NCBI RefSeq assembly: GCF_009914755.1
Contig: NC_060931.1
Length of the DNA stretch: 64,000 nucleotides
From: the human T2T-CHM13v2.0 reference genome, Homo sapiens
Direction: 5' to 3' (one strand)
The position numbers and the translations under genes are program-made. Each line of letters opens with the position of its first letter. Within the stretch, counting starts at the first letter, position 1. Below are positions 27,938-40,176 of this stretch, one piece after another. Below the pieces are notes generated by a model, which saw only the letters and a program-made list of their open reading frames with translations, was not told the origin of the DNA and did not search any database.

Positions 27938-28249
27938 GTGAGTGTTTGTTCCCCTCTTAGGGAGTCTGACTCAGGATAAACAATAGAGTTGGTTCCCCTC
28001 TTCAACAAGCTTCCATTGCAATACAGGTGATTTTCCACTCAGTTTGGAACCACCACAAATCAAAAGCAGGATGATTAAAATGCACCAAGACACAAGAGAG
28101 GCTGGGCCCTCACTGCCACTCCCTCCTGTGGCCAAAGCTGAATAGAAAAGCTTGTCTTACCACTTTATCTCCATGTCTAGTAAATAGAACCTAGAGAGTG
28201 CTCATCAGTACCTCTTAAATGCATGAAAGAATATTTGTTTGTTTGCGTG

Positions 28250-30070
28250 AGCACCGATTGTTGATCATGCTGCATTCTGGACAATGGGGGTCTAGCAGAG
28301 ATCGAGGCAGGCAAGTCATGCCATCATGAGGTTTGTATTCCAGGGGAGAGATAGGTATTAAGGAAACTAATATATATGTGCTCTATCAGGTATTGCTAAG
28401 ATCCATGAAAGATGATAATATAAGTGGATAGCATGACAACAGGAAGGCTGATGGAGGCTATTTTATTTAAGACGTTCAGGGAAGTCCTATCAGTCAGACC
28501 AAGTTGGATTGGTCAGGATTTGTTGGCGTTGCTAGCAGAAGGGATTTAGTATGGGGAATTGACTATACCCATGATAGAGGAGCTGAAAATACACACAGGG
28601 GACAGCAAGTAACCCAGAGATCAGCAACAGCAGAACCAGCAGAGGGAGATGGTGGTATTACTGAAGTCCAGGTGCTGCGGCCACCTGGTAGAAGCTGGAG
28701 CCATGCTATGCCTTCCCAGCAGGAGCTGGAACCACAGATGAAAGGTCTGTCTGCTAGAAGCTGGAGTCTCAGAGAAGACACTGTGGTTACCAGAAATACA
28801 GCCTGAAGAGAGAAGCAAACACTTAAACTCCTTCCTTCTTCCTTCCTGATTTCAGTCTTCTACCTCTCTCTCCCATGGGCTGAACCCACCAGGATCCAGG
28901 GAACAGGAGAACCAAAGAAATGCAGTTTTCTGCAACACGGAGGATGACCAAGATGAAAGGGGAATAGAGATGAGTGCAAACAAGCTCATGGCCGGCTTGG
29001 AAGGCTGGTCTGGTAGGTAGCACTTGAAAGGAGACCTCAAGGAAGTGAGGGAATGAGCCATGTGGGCATCTGTGAGAGGAAGATTCCAGGCAGAGTGAGG
29101 AGTGAGGGTGAGAAAACCTGGAAGGGAAGCCTGCTTAGTATGTTCCAAGGGAAAGGGAGTGGCCCTTCTATAAGGTCGGAAGGCTCTGCAAAGCTCCAGG
29201 GGAGAATAGCTGAAGGCAGCTGTTCTGTGACCCTGAGGCAGAGGGCAAGGAGTAGGTACAAGGGAGTGTAGGAGAATTTGTCTTGATCAAGCCTGTTTGT
29301 TTGAAGTTGTCCAGGAGCTGACATTTGAACATCCGCACACATGATGTTCTCTGAATGAGGAACAATAAATGTTAGTCATTTACAGATTGTGTAGGCTCCA
29401 GGCTTTCGGCATTATGCCTGCAGTAAATAAAAGCAAGCAGCTTCAGCTTCTCGGGGCTGCTCTCTGGCCACTACAGCCAGGCAGTCACCTAGCTGTTCTT
29501 ACACTGCATACTTGTGTCTGAGTACTCATTTCATCCATTGGCCAGGGACACACCTGGCAATCAGGGAAGCCAGAATGATGGGAACTCAGTGAATGATAGC
29601 TCAGGTCATGTAAGAACTGACAGGCCAGGAGTAGAACTTTAGACCTTATTTGCAGTGAGATGGGAAGACATTTTGTATTCTCTACAGAAGATTGCTATGA
29701 TGTGACTTAAATTTCAAAAGGAACCCTCTGATTGATGGTGGAGAACAGACTGTGGGAGGCAAAGATTGAAGCAGCAGACCAATCGGGAGGCCACTGAAGT
29801 AGACCACAGGAGAGATGGTGGTGGCCCAGACAAGACTGATAGAAGCTGTGGAGCTACTGAGAACAGGTTCCATTCTGGACACACCTCAAAGGGAGAACCC
29901 AACAGGCTTGGCTGATGGAGTGAGTAAGGAAAAAGAGGAGTTGAGATTTTTGGTCTGAAAAAGACCAAAAATTAAACACAGGTGCTGCTGTTTAGTGATC
30001 TGTGAAAGGACAATGAGAAGATGGATTAGAGGAGATCAGGAGTCTCATTTTGGATGTTTTAGGTTTCAGA
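28250..30070 (+). mobile_element. Fragmented L2 interrupted by LTR elements
   Basis: L2-like text (gaatgagccatgtgggcatctgtgagaggaagattccaggcagag; ggagtctcattttggatgttttaggtttcagat); boundaries approximate. Confidence 0.55.
29169..29559 (+). mobile_element. ERVL-class solo LTR (subfamily uncertain)
   Basis: Contains aataaaagcaagcagc poly(A) region and U5-like cttgtgtctgagtactcatttcatcc, ending ...cctggca. Confidence 0.6.
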
Positions 30071-30423
30071 TATTAGTGACTACTTACTTATGTTTGGCCA
30101 CATGTAGCAGAAGCCTTAGTATAGCAGATTAACCATGTAGCAGTTTATTTTTTCTATGAAACATGAAGTACAGGTAGGTAGTCCAGCTCTGGGGCAGTGA
30201 CTCTATGATGTCCCATGGTCAGTCTCTGTCTCCCTGTCACTGCCTGACCCTGTCATGGTGTGTTATTTTATCCTTATGGCTACAAGTTTGCCACTACTAC
30301 TCCAGGCACCATAATTACACCCATGCAATAATAAATTGGAATGGATACACCTACTTTTAGTTTATAAAACCATGTATTTCCTGGAAGCCCTAGACTTCTA
30401 TTTATATTTTAACGGCCAGCCTA

Positions 30424-30622
30424 GTTAAATCAGTAGTCCCTAGCCTTTTGGTACCAGGACCTGTTTTGTAGAAGACAATTTTTCCATGGACCTGGCAGGA
30501 GTTTCAAGATAATTCAAGTGCATTACATTTATTATGCACTTTATTTCTATCATTAGTACATTTTAATATATAATGAAATAATTATACAACCCACCATAAT
30601 GTAGAATCAGTGGGAGGCCTGA
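30424..30622 (-). mobile_element. MER1A terminal fragment, inverted relative to the 32-kb copy
   Basis: Reverse complement aligns along its length with 32276-32474. Confidence 0.85.
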
Positions 30623-31371
30623 CTTCCAGACCTAACTACCAGGAGATCTGAAGGGCTGGCTATTTTTAAATGGGCACTGGCGTCTCTGAAGAAATCAAGA
30701 TGCTGTACAAAGAAGAAGGGGCATACAGATACTAGTGAGCAGCTGGCAGTGCCCTGAACCCTCAGCCCCAAGCTCTGGACCTCTTTGAATTCCTTCCCTT
30801 CTGAGAGATTTGGGGAGGGGATGGGTTTACTCAGAGACATTGGAGTGGATCTGATTCGCTTCAACTTTTTTATTCTAATGCGAAGGGACAAGCAGGTGAA
30901 ATCTCATCACTATAATGCCTCTTAATTGCCCCAAGGGATTCTCCTCTCTAGCTAACTCAACCTGTTTTTCTTCATCTATATCTACATTTTTAATCCCTGC
31001 CACCGATTCTAAGGTATATTTTGTGTGTTTGTTATTTTAATTCTTAATTACTGAAAATATTAAACATATGCAAAAGTAGACAGAATAGTACAATGAACCC
31101 CCATGTAGCCATTCCCCAGTCCCCAAAATAGTCAACTCCAGGTCTGTCCTATTTCACCTGTAGCCCCACTCTTCCCCACCCAAGATTATTTTGAAGCAAA
31201 CAGCAGACATCATGTCTTTTCATCTGTAAGTATTTAAATATATATCTCTAAAGGTATGAAGTCTTTTAAAAACATAACTGCAAGTCATCATTATCACACC
31301 TAAAAGAATAATTCCTTAGTGTCATCACTTATTTCCATGATTGTCTTATTTTTCAAAATGTGTTAACATTG

Positions 31372-31684
<313 letters not shown>

Positions 31685-31974
31685 TTAAATAAAACCCAAA
31701 TATTTTGATTTCTTGATACAAATTTTATATCTCTTTTAAGATACGCGTTTCCTTTCCAACTTTCTATTTCTTGCAGTTTTGTTGCTGTTGTTGAAGACAC
31801 CAGCTACTCTTTGTTGAACAGTTTACTTCAGTCTGGACTTTGAAAGTAGACCTCAAGGAAGTCAGGGAATGAGCCATGTGTGCATCTGTGGGAGGAGGAT
31901 TCCAGGCACAGTGAAGCGCAATGGTGAAAACCTGGAAAGGCAAATTGATTGCCTTCCTGTGGTATCATTTAATA

Positions 31975-32467
31975 TGGGGGTACCAGTCCATGGCCTGTTA
32001 GGAACCAGAACACACAGCAGGATGTGAGCAGCGGGTGAGCAAATAAAGCTTCATCTGTATTTACAGCCACTCCCCATCACTTGCGTTACCACCTAAGCTC
32101 CGCCTCCTGTTAGATCAGTGGCAGCATTAGAGTCTCATAGGGGCACGAACCCTATTGCAAACTGCTCATGCAAAGGGTCTAGGTAGTGTGCTCCTTATGA
32201 GAATCTAATGCCTGATGATCTGTCACTGTCTCCCATCACCTTCAGGTGGGGCTATCTAGTTGCAGGAAAGCAAGCTCAGGGCTCCCACTGATTCTACATT
32301 ATGGTGGGTTGTATAATTAGTTCATTATATGTTACAATGTACTAATAATAGAAATAAAGTGTGCCATAAATGTAATGCACTTGAATTATCCTGAAACCCC
32401 TGCCAGGTCCATGGAAAAATTGTCTTCTATAAACAGGTCCCTGGTACCAAAAGGTTAGGGACCACTG
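31975..32467 (+). mobile_element. MER1A (hAT-Charlie DNA transposon)
   Basis: taccagtccatggcctgttaggaacc...gagaatctaatgcctgatgatctg...ccaaaaggttagggaccactg; 8-bp TSD ATTTAATA (31967-31974) / ATTTAACA (32468-32475). Confidence 0.88.
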
Positions 32468-32538
32468 ATTTAACATATTCATCTTTTGCTTGTATTTTCT
32501 GTATAATACAAATTAAAAGTTAGATCTCGATTTTAGGT

Positions 32539-32739
32539 CAGGATTGACAAACTGAGGCCAGCCCCTGTTTTTGTGAATGAAGTTTTGTTGGAGCACAGCC
32601 ATGCCCATTCATTCACAAACTGTGGCTGCTTTCAAGCTACAGTGTCTGCCATTGTTGAATAGTTTCAGCAGAGACCATATGGCCCATATTTGTCTAAAAT
32701 ATTTGTCGGACCTTTTAAGGAAAACTTTCTCAGCTCCTG
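32539..32739. mobile_element. MER58A-like hAT element
   Basis: caggattgacaaact...aagttttgttggagcacagccatgcccattcatt...ctcctg. Confidence 0.7.
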
Positions 32740-35700
32740 ATCTAGAGGTTTGATCAGATTCATGTTTGAATTTTTGACCTATTTTATAGGTGGTAGTATG
32801 CACTTCTACTGGGTAGAGCACAATGGTCTGATTTTCTCTCTTACTGTGAGGTTGGCAGTCCTTAATAACCGTTGCTTAGCCCTAGACCCATTAATTTGTG
32901 TTTATAAAATGATGGCTTTAAAATTTTAATATTCCTTTTATTTGTTATTTGGAATAGTTTTATAAAACACACTTTCCTTCACCAATTACATACTCTATGG
33001 TATAATTTATATAGAAAAGGCAAAATAAATATTTAATTCTCTCTTTCTCATTTTAAAACCAGTTTCCAATATTGAGTTGTTTCCCTAGCATCTTCCAGAG
33101 GTCACCAATGTGTTTAAATTTTTCTTAGAATTATTATGAAATCATGATTGGAAACACAATGTGTTTCATTTATTATCCTTATTGATGTTGAAATTGTCCT
33201 GTTTGGCCATTGGGAGCCAATTCAAGATGATTCCTGAATCTTTTCCACCCAACCTTAATGGGCTTCCTGGTTTTTTAATATAACAGGAGGTTTCAATTTC
33301 ATCTCATGTATTTCCTGCTCAGGCCCAGAACTGCCATTTCTCCAAAAAGCCCTATTTTTTTCTTCCTTCTTTTTTTAACGTACAGCCCATATTTCTGGGA
33401 GTCCTAATTTGCATTTAGAAACTCCAGTCCGGGTGTTAGAGTTGTGCATTGTTTGATCTTTGTTTCTAGGCCTTCTAAATAGGCACAGCTAAGAAATAGA
33501 TATTTTTGGTTTATATTTTGATACTTCGGATCAGATTTGGGGCTACAGGGTTTTAATTTGATTTCAACAATCTTACCTCTGTATCTCCTATCTCTCATGA
33601 TGAAAAATTCCGGTTCTATAAGACACCAATGTAACGACTCATTTGCTCTATCCCAAGATATACAAACAACAGTTGCAAAATATGAATAATAGCACTACTA
33701 CCAGCAATATGATGATTATTGTAACAAAGATTACTTGCAGTTCTTTTTGTCCCAATGATATATTTTATTATATACATATATAAAGTCAAAATACTATCTT
33801 TAAAGTCACTTCCAATACTTCCGCTCTTTGTGGTTATACCGCTAAACAGATGTACATGTCAATTCATTGGTTATTTTATTTTTTAGTTTTGGAATTGCTT
33901 GTGTAATTTAATTTTGTTTAAAATTATGTAAAATAGTAATCTGGGTCCAAAGTAAGATCTTAAGAAACCTATATTCTGTCCCTGTTTCCTTCAAACAATT
34001 CCCTTCTTCCTTCTGTGCATTTTTTGTGGTTTAATTCTCCACAAACACACACATATTAGTAGTCTTCTCTTCACTGGATAAGGCAATAACATACTCTATA
34101 CATTTTTTCCTCCTTACTTTTTTTCACTTAACATTATTTCCTGGATATGGCCTGATAGTAATGTATAGAGATACACTGTATACTCTATTATACCATGGTG
34201 TATGGATATGATATTGTTTATTCAATAAGTCCCTTATTGACAGGCACTTGAGTTTCCAGTATGTGTTATTTTTCTGGTACTTCTACTGTTACACATGTGC
34301 TGCAATGAATACCTTTGTGCACGTATCCTTATATTTCGCGCTATCACTGGAAATGGGATTTCTGAGTCATGGGGGAAATTCATATGTAATTTCGCTAGGC
34401 ACTGCTAAGTCCCCCTTGTTGCAGCTTGGGTTACTGGGAATCTGACTCAGAGATAGAGATACATGTGTGGGAGGTTTGTGAGGGCATGCTCCCAGGATCA
34501 GCATCTGTGGAAAGGTGAAGGAAGAAGCACTGGAGACAGGGAGAAGCCGGGCTATGAGGCAAATATTTTTTAGCAATATTTTCACTGTTAAGTGGAACAC
34601 TGGAAGAAACGTGTCTGTAATAGAAGATTGCTTAAATAAGGTATAGCATATCCTAGAGTGATTGAGTGAGTAATTTTGCAATCATTAAAAATTCTATGTT
34701 CAAAGACTTCTTAAAGGAAATGAAAAATATTCATGATAAAATAGACAAAATTAAGATATAAAGCTCTGCATTAAAATGATGCTAAATTCATTAAAACAAT
34801 ATATGTATAGCCAGGAAAATAAAACATTAGAAGAAAATATAATAAAATATTAGTAATGTGTCTCTGGGGCTAAGTTGGTAATTGGTTTCATCTTCAAATA
34901 TTTTTGTCCTTTCCGAATACTCTATAATTATAAATTGACAAAAAAGACATTTTTAATATTACCTCTTTGCCTTTTCAGAACCCTTAAAAAATAAAAAACC
35001 TCTCCCCAGATCACATTAAGATATCTTTCTTTGACCTGATATCATTTATAGTTTTCATTGATTCACCAACAAAAAGGAGAAAGGAACAAATTTTCTTAAC
35101 ATATCAGTTTTTTTCCCTCTTTCTAGTATCTTGTATCCATGTTTTAATTTATCTAAAATATGTGAGTGCCTGTTCTAGACACTATTCTAGGCACTGGAAT
35201 TCCCACAGCGTTTAAGTCCATATTTTAGGACTAAGAGAAGCGTAGTGAAAGTTCAGCTAATACTGTATAAAAATAAATTCCCACATTGTTAGTTTTGATT
35301 AATTAAAACATTTATTGAAAAAACAATGACACTAAAGTATTTGAATATTTGTAATTTCTGTAATGTCCTCAACCAAAATGTTTATGCTTACATATCTTCT
35401 ATCTTTGCATATCTTTACAAATCAATACATCATTTTTGCTAGCTATGATTACATGCTGCTATTTTGTATTCTCCTTAAAAATATTTTCCCATTTTTATAT
35501 ATGATATTTTTAATGATAATTTTTAATCATAAGTTCTGTAATTTGTTTTAACTATTTCCTCTTTGTTGCATACTCAGATATTTTCTAGTTGAGTATCGGG
35601 GGGTTGGCGATAACATATATTATCCATACACATCTTTAAAGTATTTTAGAACTGTCCCTCAATGTAAAGACCACAACATGTAACATTAGATTTCTTGTTT

Positions 35701-36707
35701 TATAAAATATCAAGATATTTGTTCCTATTCTGCACTTTCTTTCAGCTCTTGAAAATCCAATTTATTCTTCTTAATTAGTTTCAACTCAAACACCCTCCTC
35801 AGAGCAGTCTTCCCCAGTGGCCATACTGAAATTTGGACTGTCCATCCAGTTTCACTTCATCACATTTCTCCATTTATTCCTTAAACATTATCACTCTCTA
35901 TAACTATCTCCACTGTTTCTTGCTAGGGCCTGTCTAACCAACCAGAATATAGAGCTCCATGATCTTGCCTGTTGCGTTTACTGCTTTATTCTCAGTGCCT
36001 GGAGTACTTAACATTAGAGATCAACAAATATTTGTAAACTATATAAATTAATGAAAAAATATGAATGAATACACATCCAAAACCATAACAAGAGAAAAGA
36101 CAGCCTCATATACTACTGTTAATCCTGCAGACAACTTCCTACTATGGAATATAGGGCTGGGGGTTGCGCCAGAGCCTTCCAGCCTCAGCCAACAATAGAG
36201 CCAGAGGGAACCAACTCCTTGAGAGTCTCAGAAGGTCAGAGTCTGAGTCTCTGGCTCAGATTCCTCCCGCCTTCAGAGCAAGTCCCATTAGAGGTTTTCA
36301 GTGAACATTCCTGCCACAAATATTGGTCAAAGGCGCTTGGACTGACCCAGCAGGTTCCTTAACTTTAAATCTCGGCTGGAAGGCCCTGGAGCTTCTTAAG
36401 AGAATTGATTGCTGGCCTGCCCCAACTCTGCCTGCCAAGGAGTGGGGCAGTCTCTAAACACCAACAAAAGCTCCTCTCACATCCTATCCCCAAGGGCACA
36501 CCTATGTTTATATAACAGGAGTATACTGCAGTTGCTTTAATATTTAAAAGCAAATCCAAAGGCACTTGCTACCTTTATACCATGACAGAAGAGTCTGGAA
36601 GAAAAGTTAACCTCAGATACTAAGCAGCCACCCATTACACTTACACACGGTATAATCTACAAGCTCTAAAATATGTTAGCAGCTGCCCATATAAAAGTAA
36701 ATATGTA

Positions 36708-36860
36708 ACTGGGCATGCTGATGCACAGGTACTCACATACTCGAGAGGCTGAGGTAGGAGGCTCTCTTGAGGCTGGGAATCCAAGGCTGCAGTGTTCTGT
36801 AATTGCACCTGCAAATACGCATTGCACTCCAGCCTGAGCAACATAGTGAGAACCTGTCAC
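36708..36860 (+). mobile_element. FAM (fossil Alu monomer)
   Basis: gaggctgaggtaggagg...aaggctgcagtg...cacctgcaaatacgcattgcactccagcctgagcaacatagtgaga. Confidence 0.7.
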
Positions 36861-37607
36861 TATTTGGTAAGTAAAAATTGTAAATATGTACTAGTGGCTT
36901 AGGTTTATGACTGTCTTGAGAATTATTTATTTTCTCTGTCCTCAACACAGTCCTGTAGAGTAGGAAAGTCTTTGTCCAAGGAGTTCCAAGTTACAAGCAC
37001 CACATACCTTTGTGTATGTATCATTATATTTTGCCATATCACTGGAAATGGGATTTCTGAGTCACGGAGGAAATTCATATGTAATTTTGCTAGGCGCTGC
37101 TAAATTCCACTTGTTTCAGCTTGGGTTCCTGGGAATCTGACTCAGAGACAGAGATAATTGTGTGGAAGGTTTATGAGGTTTATATTCAAGATCCATGAAT
37201 GTAGTTTCCAGGTAAAAGCTGAAATGAGACTAGATCCCAGAATTGCTCTCTCCACCAAATCTGACAAAATGAATGAAAAATAATTAATAAATGGCTGGAT
37301 GTGGAAGGTTTTTATGATGATGACATACATTGCTATGCACTGGCCAAGGAGAACAGGTGATTGATGGGTGGCCCAGGATGGAGTATCTCCTAACACCAGT
37401 CAACCTTCCATGTACAATGGAAAGAAAATATTCAAAATCACAAATTCAATAGTTATCATTAATGCTTTCTAATACATAGAAAAGTGAACAAATTGGGTGG
37501 ATAGACAAGAAAAAAAGCTTTCAAGTGTAAACTCCCCATGTGAGTTCCATCTGTGGTTTGGTGGAAGTGGGCCTAGCTTATTAGGTCCCCTAAGACGGAG
37601 AAACCAG

Positions 37608-37960
37608 GCCTAATCAAAAATCAAAAATCTGAAATTCTCCAAAATTCAAAACTTTTTGAGCACCACCAACATAATGCCAGAAGTGGAAAATCCCACTTTG
37701 GGGACACCTTTGCTTTCTGATGGTTCAATGTACACAAACTTTTTTCATGCACAAACTTATTTAAAATATTGTATAAATTACCTTTAGGCTCTGTGTAAAG
37801 GTGTATAGGAAACATAAATGAATTTTGTGTTTAGAGTTGGGTCCCAACACCAAGGTATCTCCTTATGTGTATGCAAATATTCCATAACCTGAAAAAAATC
37901 AAAATCTGAAACACTATTGGTTGGTCCCAAGCATTTTCCATAAGGGCTGCTCAACCTGTA
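37608..37960. mobile_element. Tigger4-like (TcMar) element
   Basis: aaaatctgaaattctccaaaattcaaaactttttgagcacc...ggtcccaagcattttccataagggctgctcaacctgta. Confidence 0.8.
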
Positions 37961-39162
37961 TTATCTCCTTCAATTCTAACAATAATCTTCCAATAATATC
38001 AGAAATATAGTTTATTAAGCCAGGAGAAAGAGTAAACATTATGACATTGTTAGGAATGTTTGTGTGTTTAAGCAGGATTTTGGTCTGACATAGAAATATG
38101 AATATATCTGTGCTCACAGGTGAGTAGCATCTGTATTCTGACTATTCCAAATGAGTAATTTTTGTACCTGCAATTTGTTACAAAAGTGAGTTTTCCAAAT
38201 TATTTTCTTAAATCTGACAGGTTAAATAGTTTAAATAAAATTGTGTGTCTAATAGGCATGATTGAGATCTAAAGAGATTTTACCCTGTATTTACCAGCTT
38301 AAAATAAAAGAAAAAAAATACATTTACAATTTCAAGGCACCTCTCTGATTATCAATGCCCATATTGTTCAGTGATGATGGAGACAGTTTTTAAAGTTTTC
38401 TTATTTACTATGATTTATCTGTATTTAAGAAATTAAAAATACAAAAAAAAAAAGATACTCAAGTGTTGGGGGCTGCAGGTCTTCAAAATGTTTTTTACAG
38501 CATCTGATCAACATAGTTCTCTCTAGTCCTTTTTTTGATGTTATAGATCCTAAGAAAACATCGTTTCTAGATTCTAGTATTTCTGTCCTGTTTATATTTA
38601 TCAGAGAGTGAAATAAATCCAGAAGAGTATTTTTACATTCTATACAATCTCAACAGAAAAACAAAACAAGCTAAGTGAAGATGTATTTGATTACTACCAG
38701 TAGACTTCATTACTTTTATTTTCAAGAAAAAATATATAAATTGTTAGATGTTTTACCTTCAATATGGTGAAAATGACAGCAGCGCACTTCACACTTACCT
38801 TTTTATTTAGTGCTGTACCTTCCTAATTTGGCAGTTTTTTAATTGGCATTCAGAAACCTATCGCCCATGTTACCTGTCTGCTCAGATGTGGTTTGCGAAC
38901 ATTTCCTAACCATACCATCCCATCCCTTTCCTTTAGTCCTCAGTGGCTTCCCCTGCACTTCCAGCTCTGAAGTAACACATGCTTTTCCTTTCTTAAACAC
39001 AGTATTGTTCGCACCTTTGCATCCTGTAAAGCTTCCTTTGCACAAGATATACCTGTCGAAAACCATGTACCCAGATGTAGGTTCCGTCAAAGACTCAGTA
39101 ATTGAGTGAGAGAGTTCTGGTGTGTAGACAACGGTGGCTTTGGAAGCAAGCCAGCCTGGGTT

Positions 39163-39737
39163 TAGTAAAAATTAAAGAAATAGGAAAGAAATACAAAAGG
39201 TGGCTTGACAGTCACAGACAGGTTTAATTTAGAGAAAATAAACATGGGAGGGGCATCTGGCCGAGTTAGGTCAGAGGCATACTCCCTTACAGACTAAGAG
39301 TTTTTAAGGATTCAAGGTGGGAGAGTTTATCAGAGGCCTCGACTGCTTCTGTGTCTCTTTGTTGTGCTTATCTGAGAGGGAGAGTTGTATCTCTGTTCCC
39401 ATATATCCTTCTGCAGCTGCAGGCATACCCCACTTTTAGCTTCCTATCTTTTAACTTCCCTAACTTAGTGCACCCAAAGGGAAAGGAATGTTCTTATTAA
39501 GGCCCACTGTTTAACTGGGGCCCATTGTATGAGGATGAAGTTTGGCAGTTACCCAAGAGACTTTGCTCCCTCCTCCCTCTGTGCCCGAGCTGTCTCATCT
39601 GTGTTTTACCGTTCTGCTCTTTCCGGCTGCTTGTAGTTAGAAGAGAAGTGATTTCCTGGAAATGCATGGGGCTAGAAAGGGAGCTGAAACATAAATTAGC
39701 GGTGTTTATCCAAGATGACGATGCTCCTGCTTTGTCA
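39163..39737 (-). mobile_element. LTR10-family (ERV1) solo LTR, antisense, inserted into a MIR
   Basis: Reverse complement starts TGACAAAGCAGGAGCATCGTCATCTTGGATAAACACCGC, typical of LTR10; 4-bp TSD ggtt at 39159-39162 and 39738-39741. Confidence 0.75.
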
Positions 39738-40069
39738 GGTTTGCTTCCTGTCCCTGCCAGTTATTAGCTAGGAAACGTGGGGAAAATTGCTTAGCTTTTC
39801 CAAACTCCATCTTTAAAGTGAGAATAGTAACTTTCAGGTTTATTATAATGATTGAAAGAGATAATACATATGTTAAATACCTAACATATATTAAACCTTA
39901 TTAAATAGCAGCTACTTTCATTGTTTTCCACACTTAAACATTGTAAACAGATATTATACAAGATTTAAATATTGGTAACTAGCTGTCTGAGATCATTAAT
40001 ATTGCCCTTAGGATATTGTCAAATCAGCTGTTGAAATTTACCTGATATACTAACTGCTATGCTTACTCA

Positions 40070-40176
40070 CTTTTCCCTCCCTCCCTCCCTGCTTCCCCCT
40101 CCCTTCCCCCTCCCTCCCTCTGTCATCCCCTTCCTTCCTTCTTTCCTCCTTTCCTTTCTTTCTTTAGTTTTCTTTT
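40070..40176. repeat. CT-rich low-complexity polypyrimidine tract
   Basis: (cctc/cctt/cttt)n. Confidence 0.85.
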
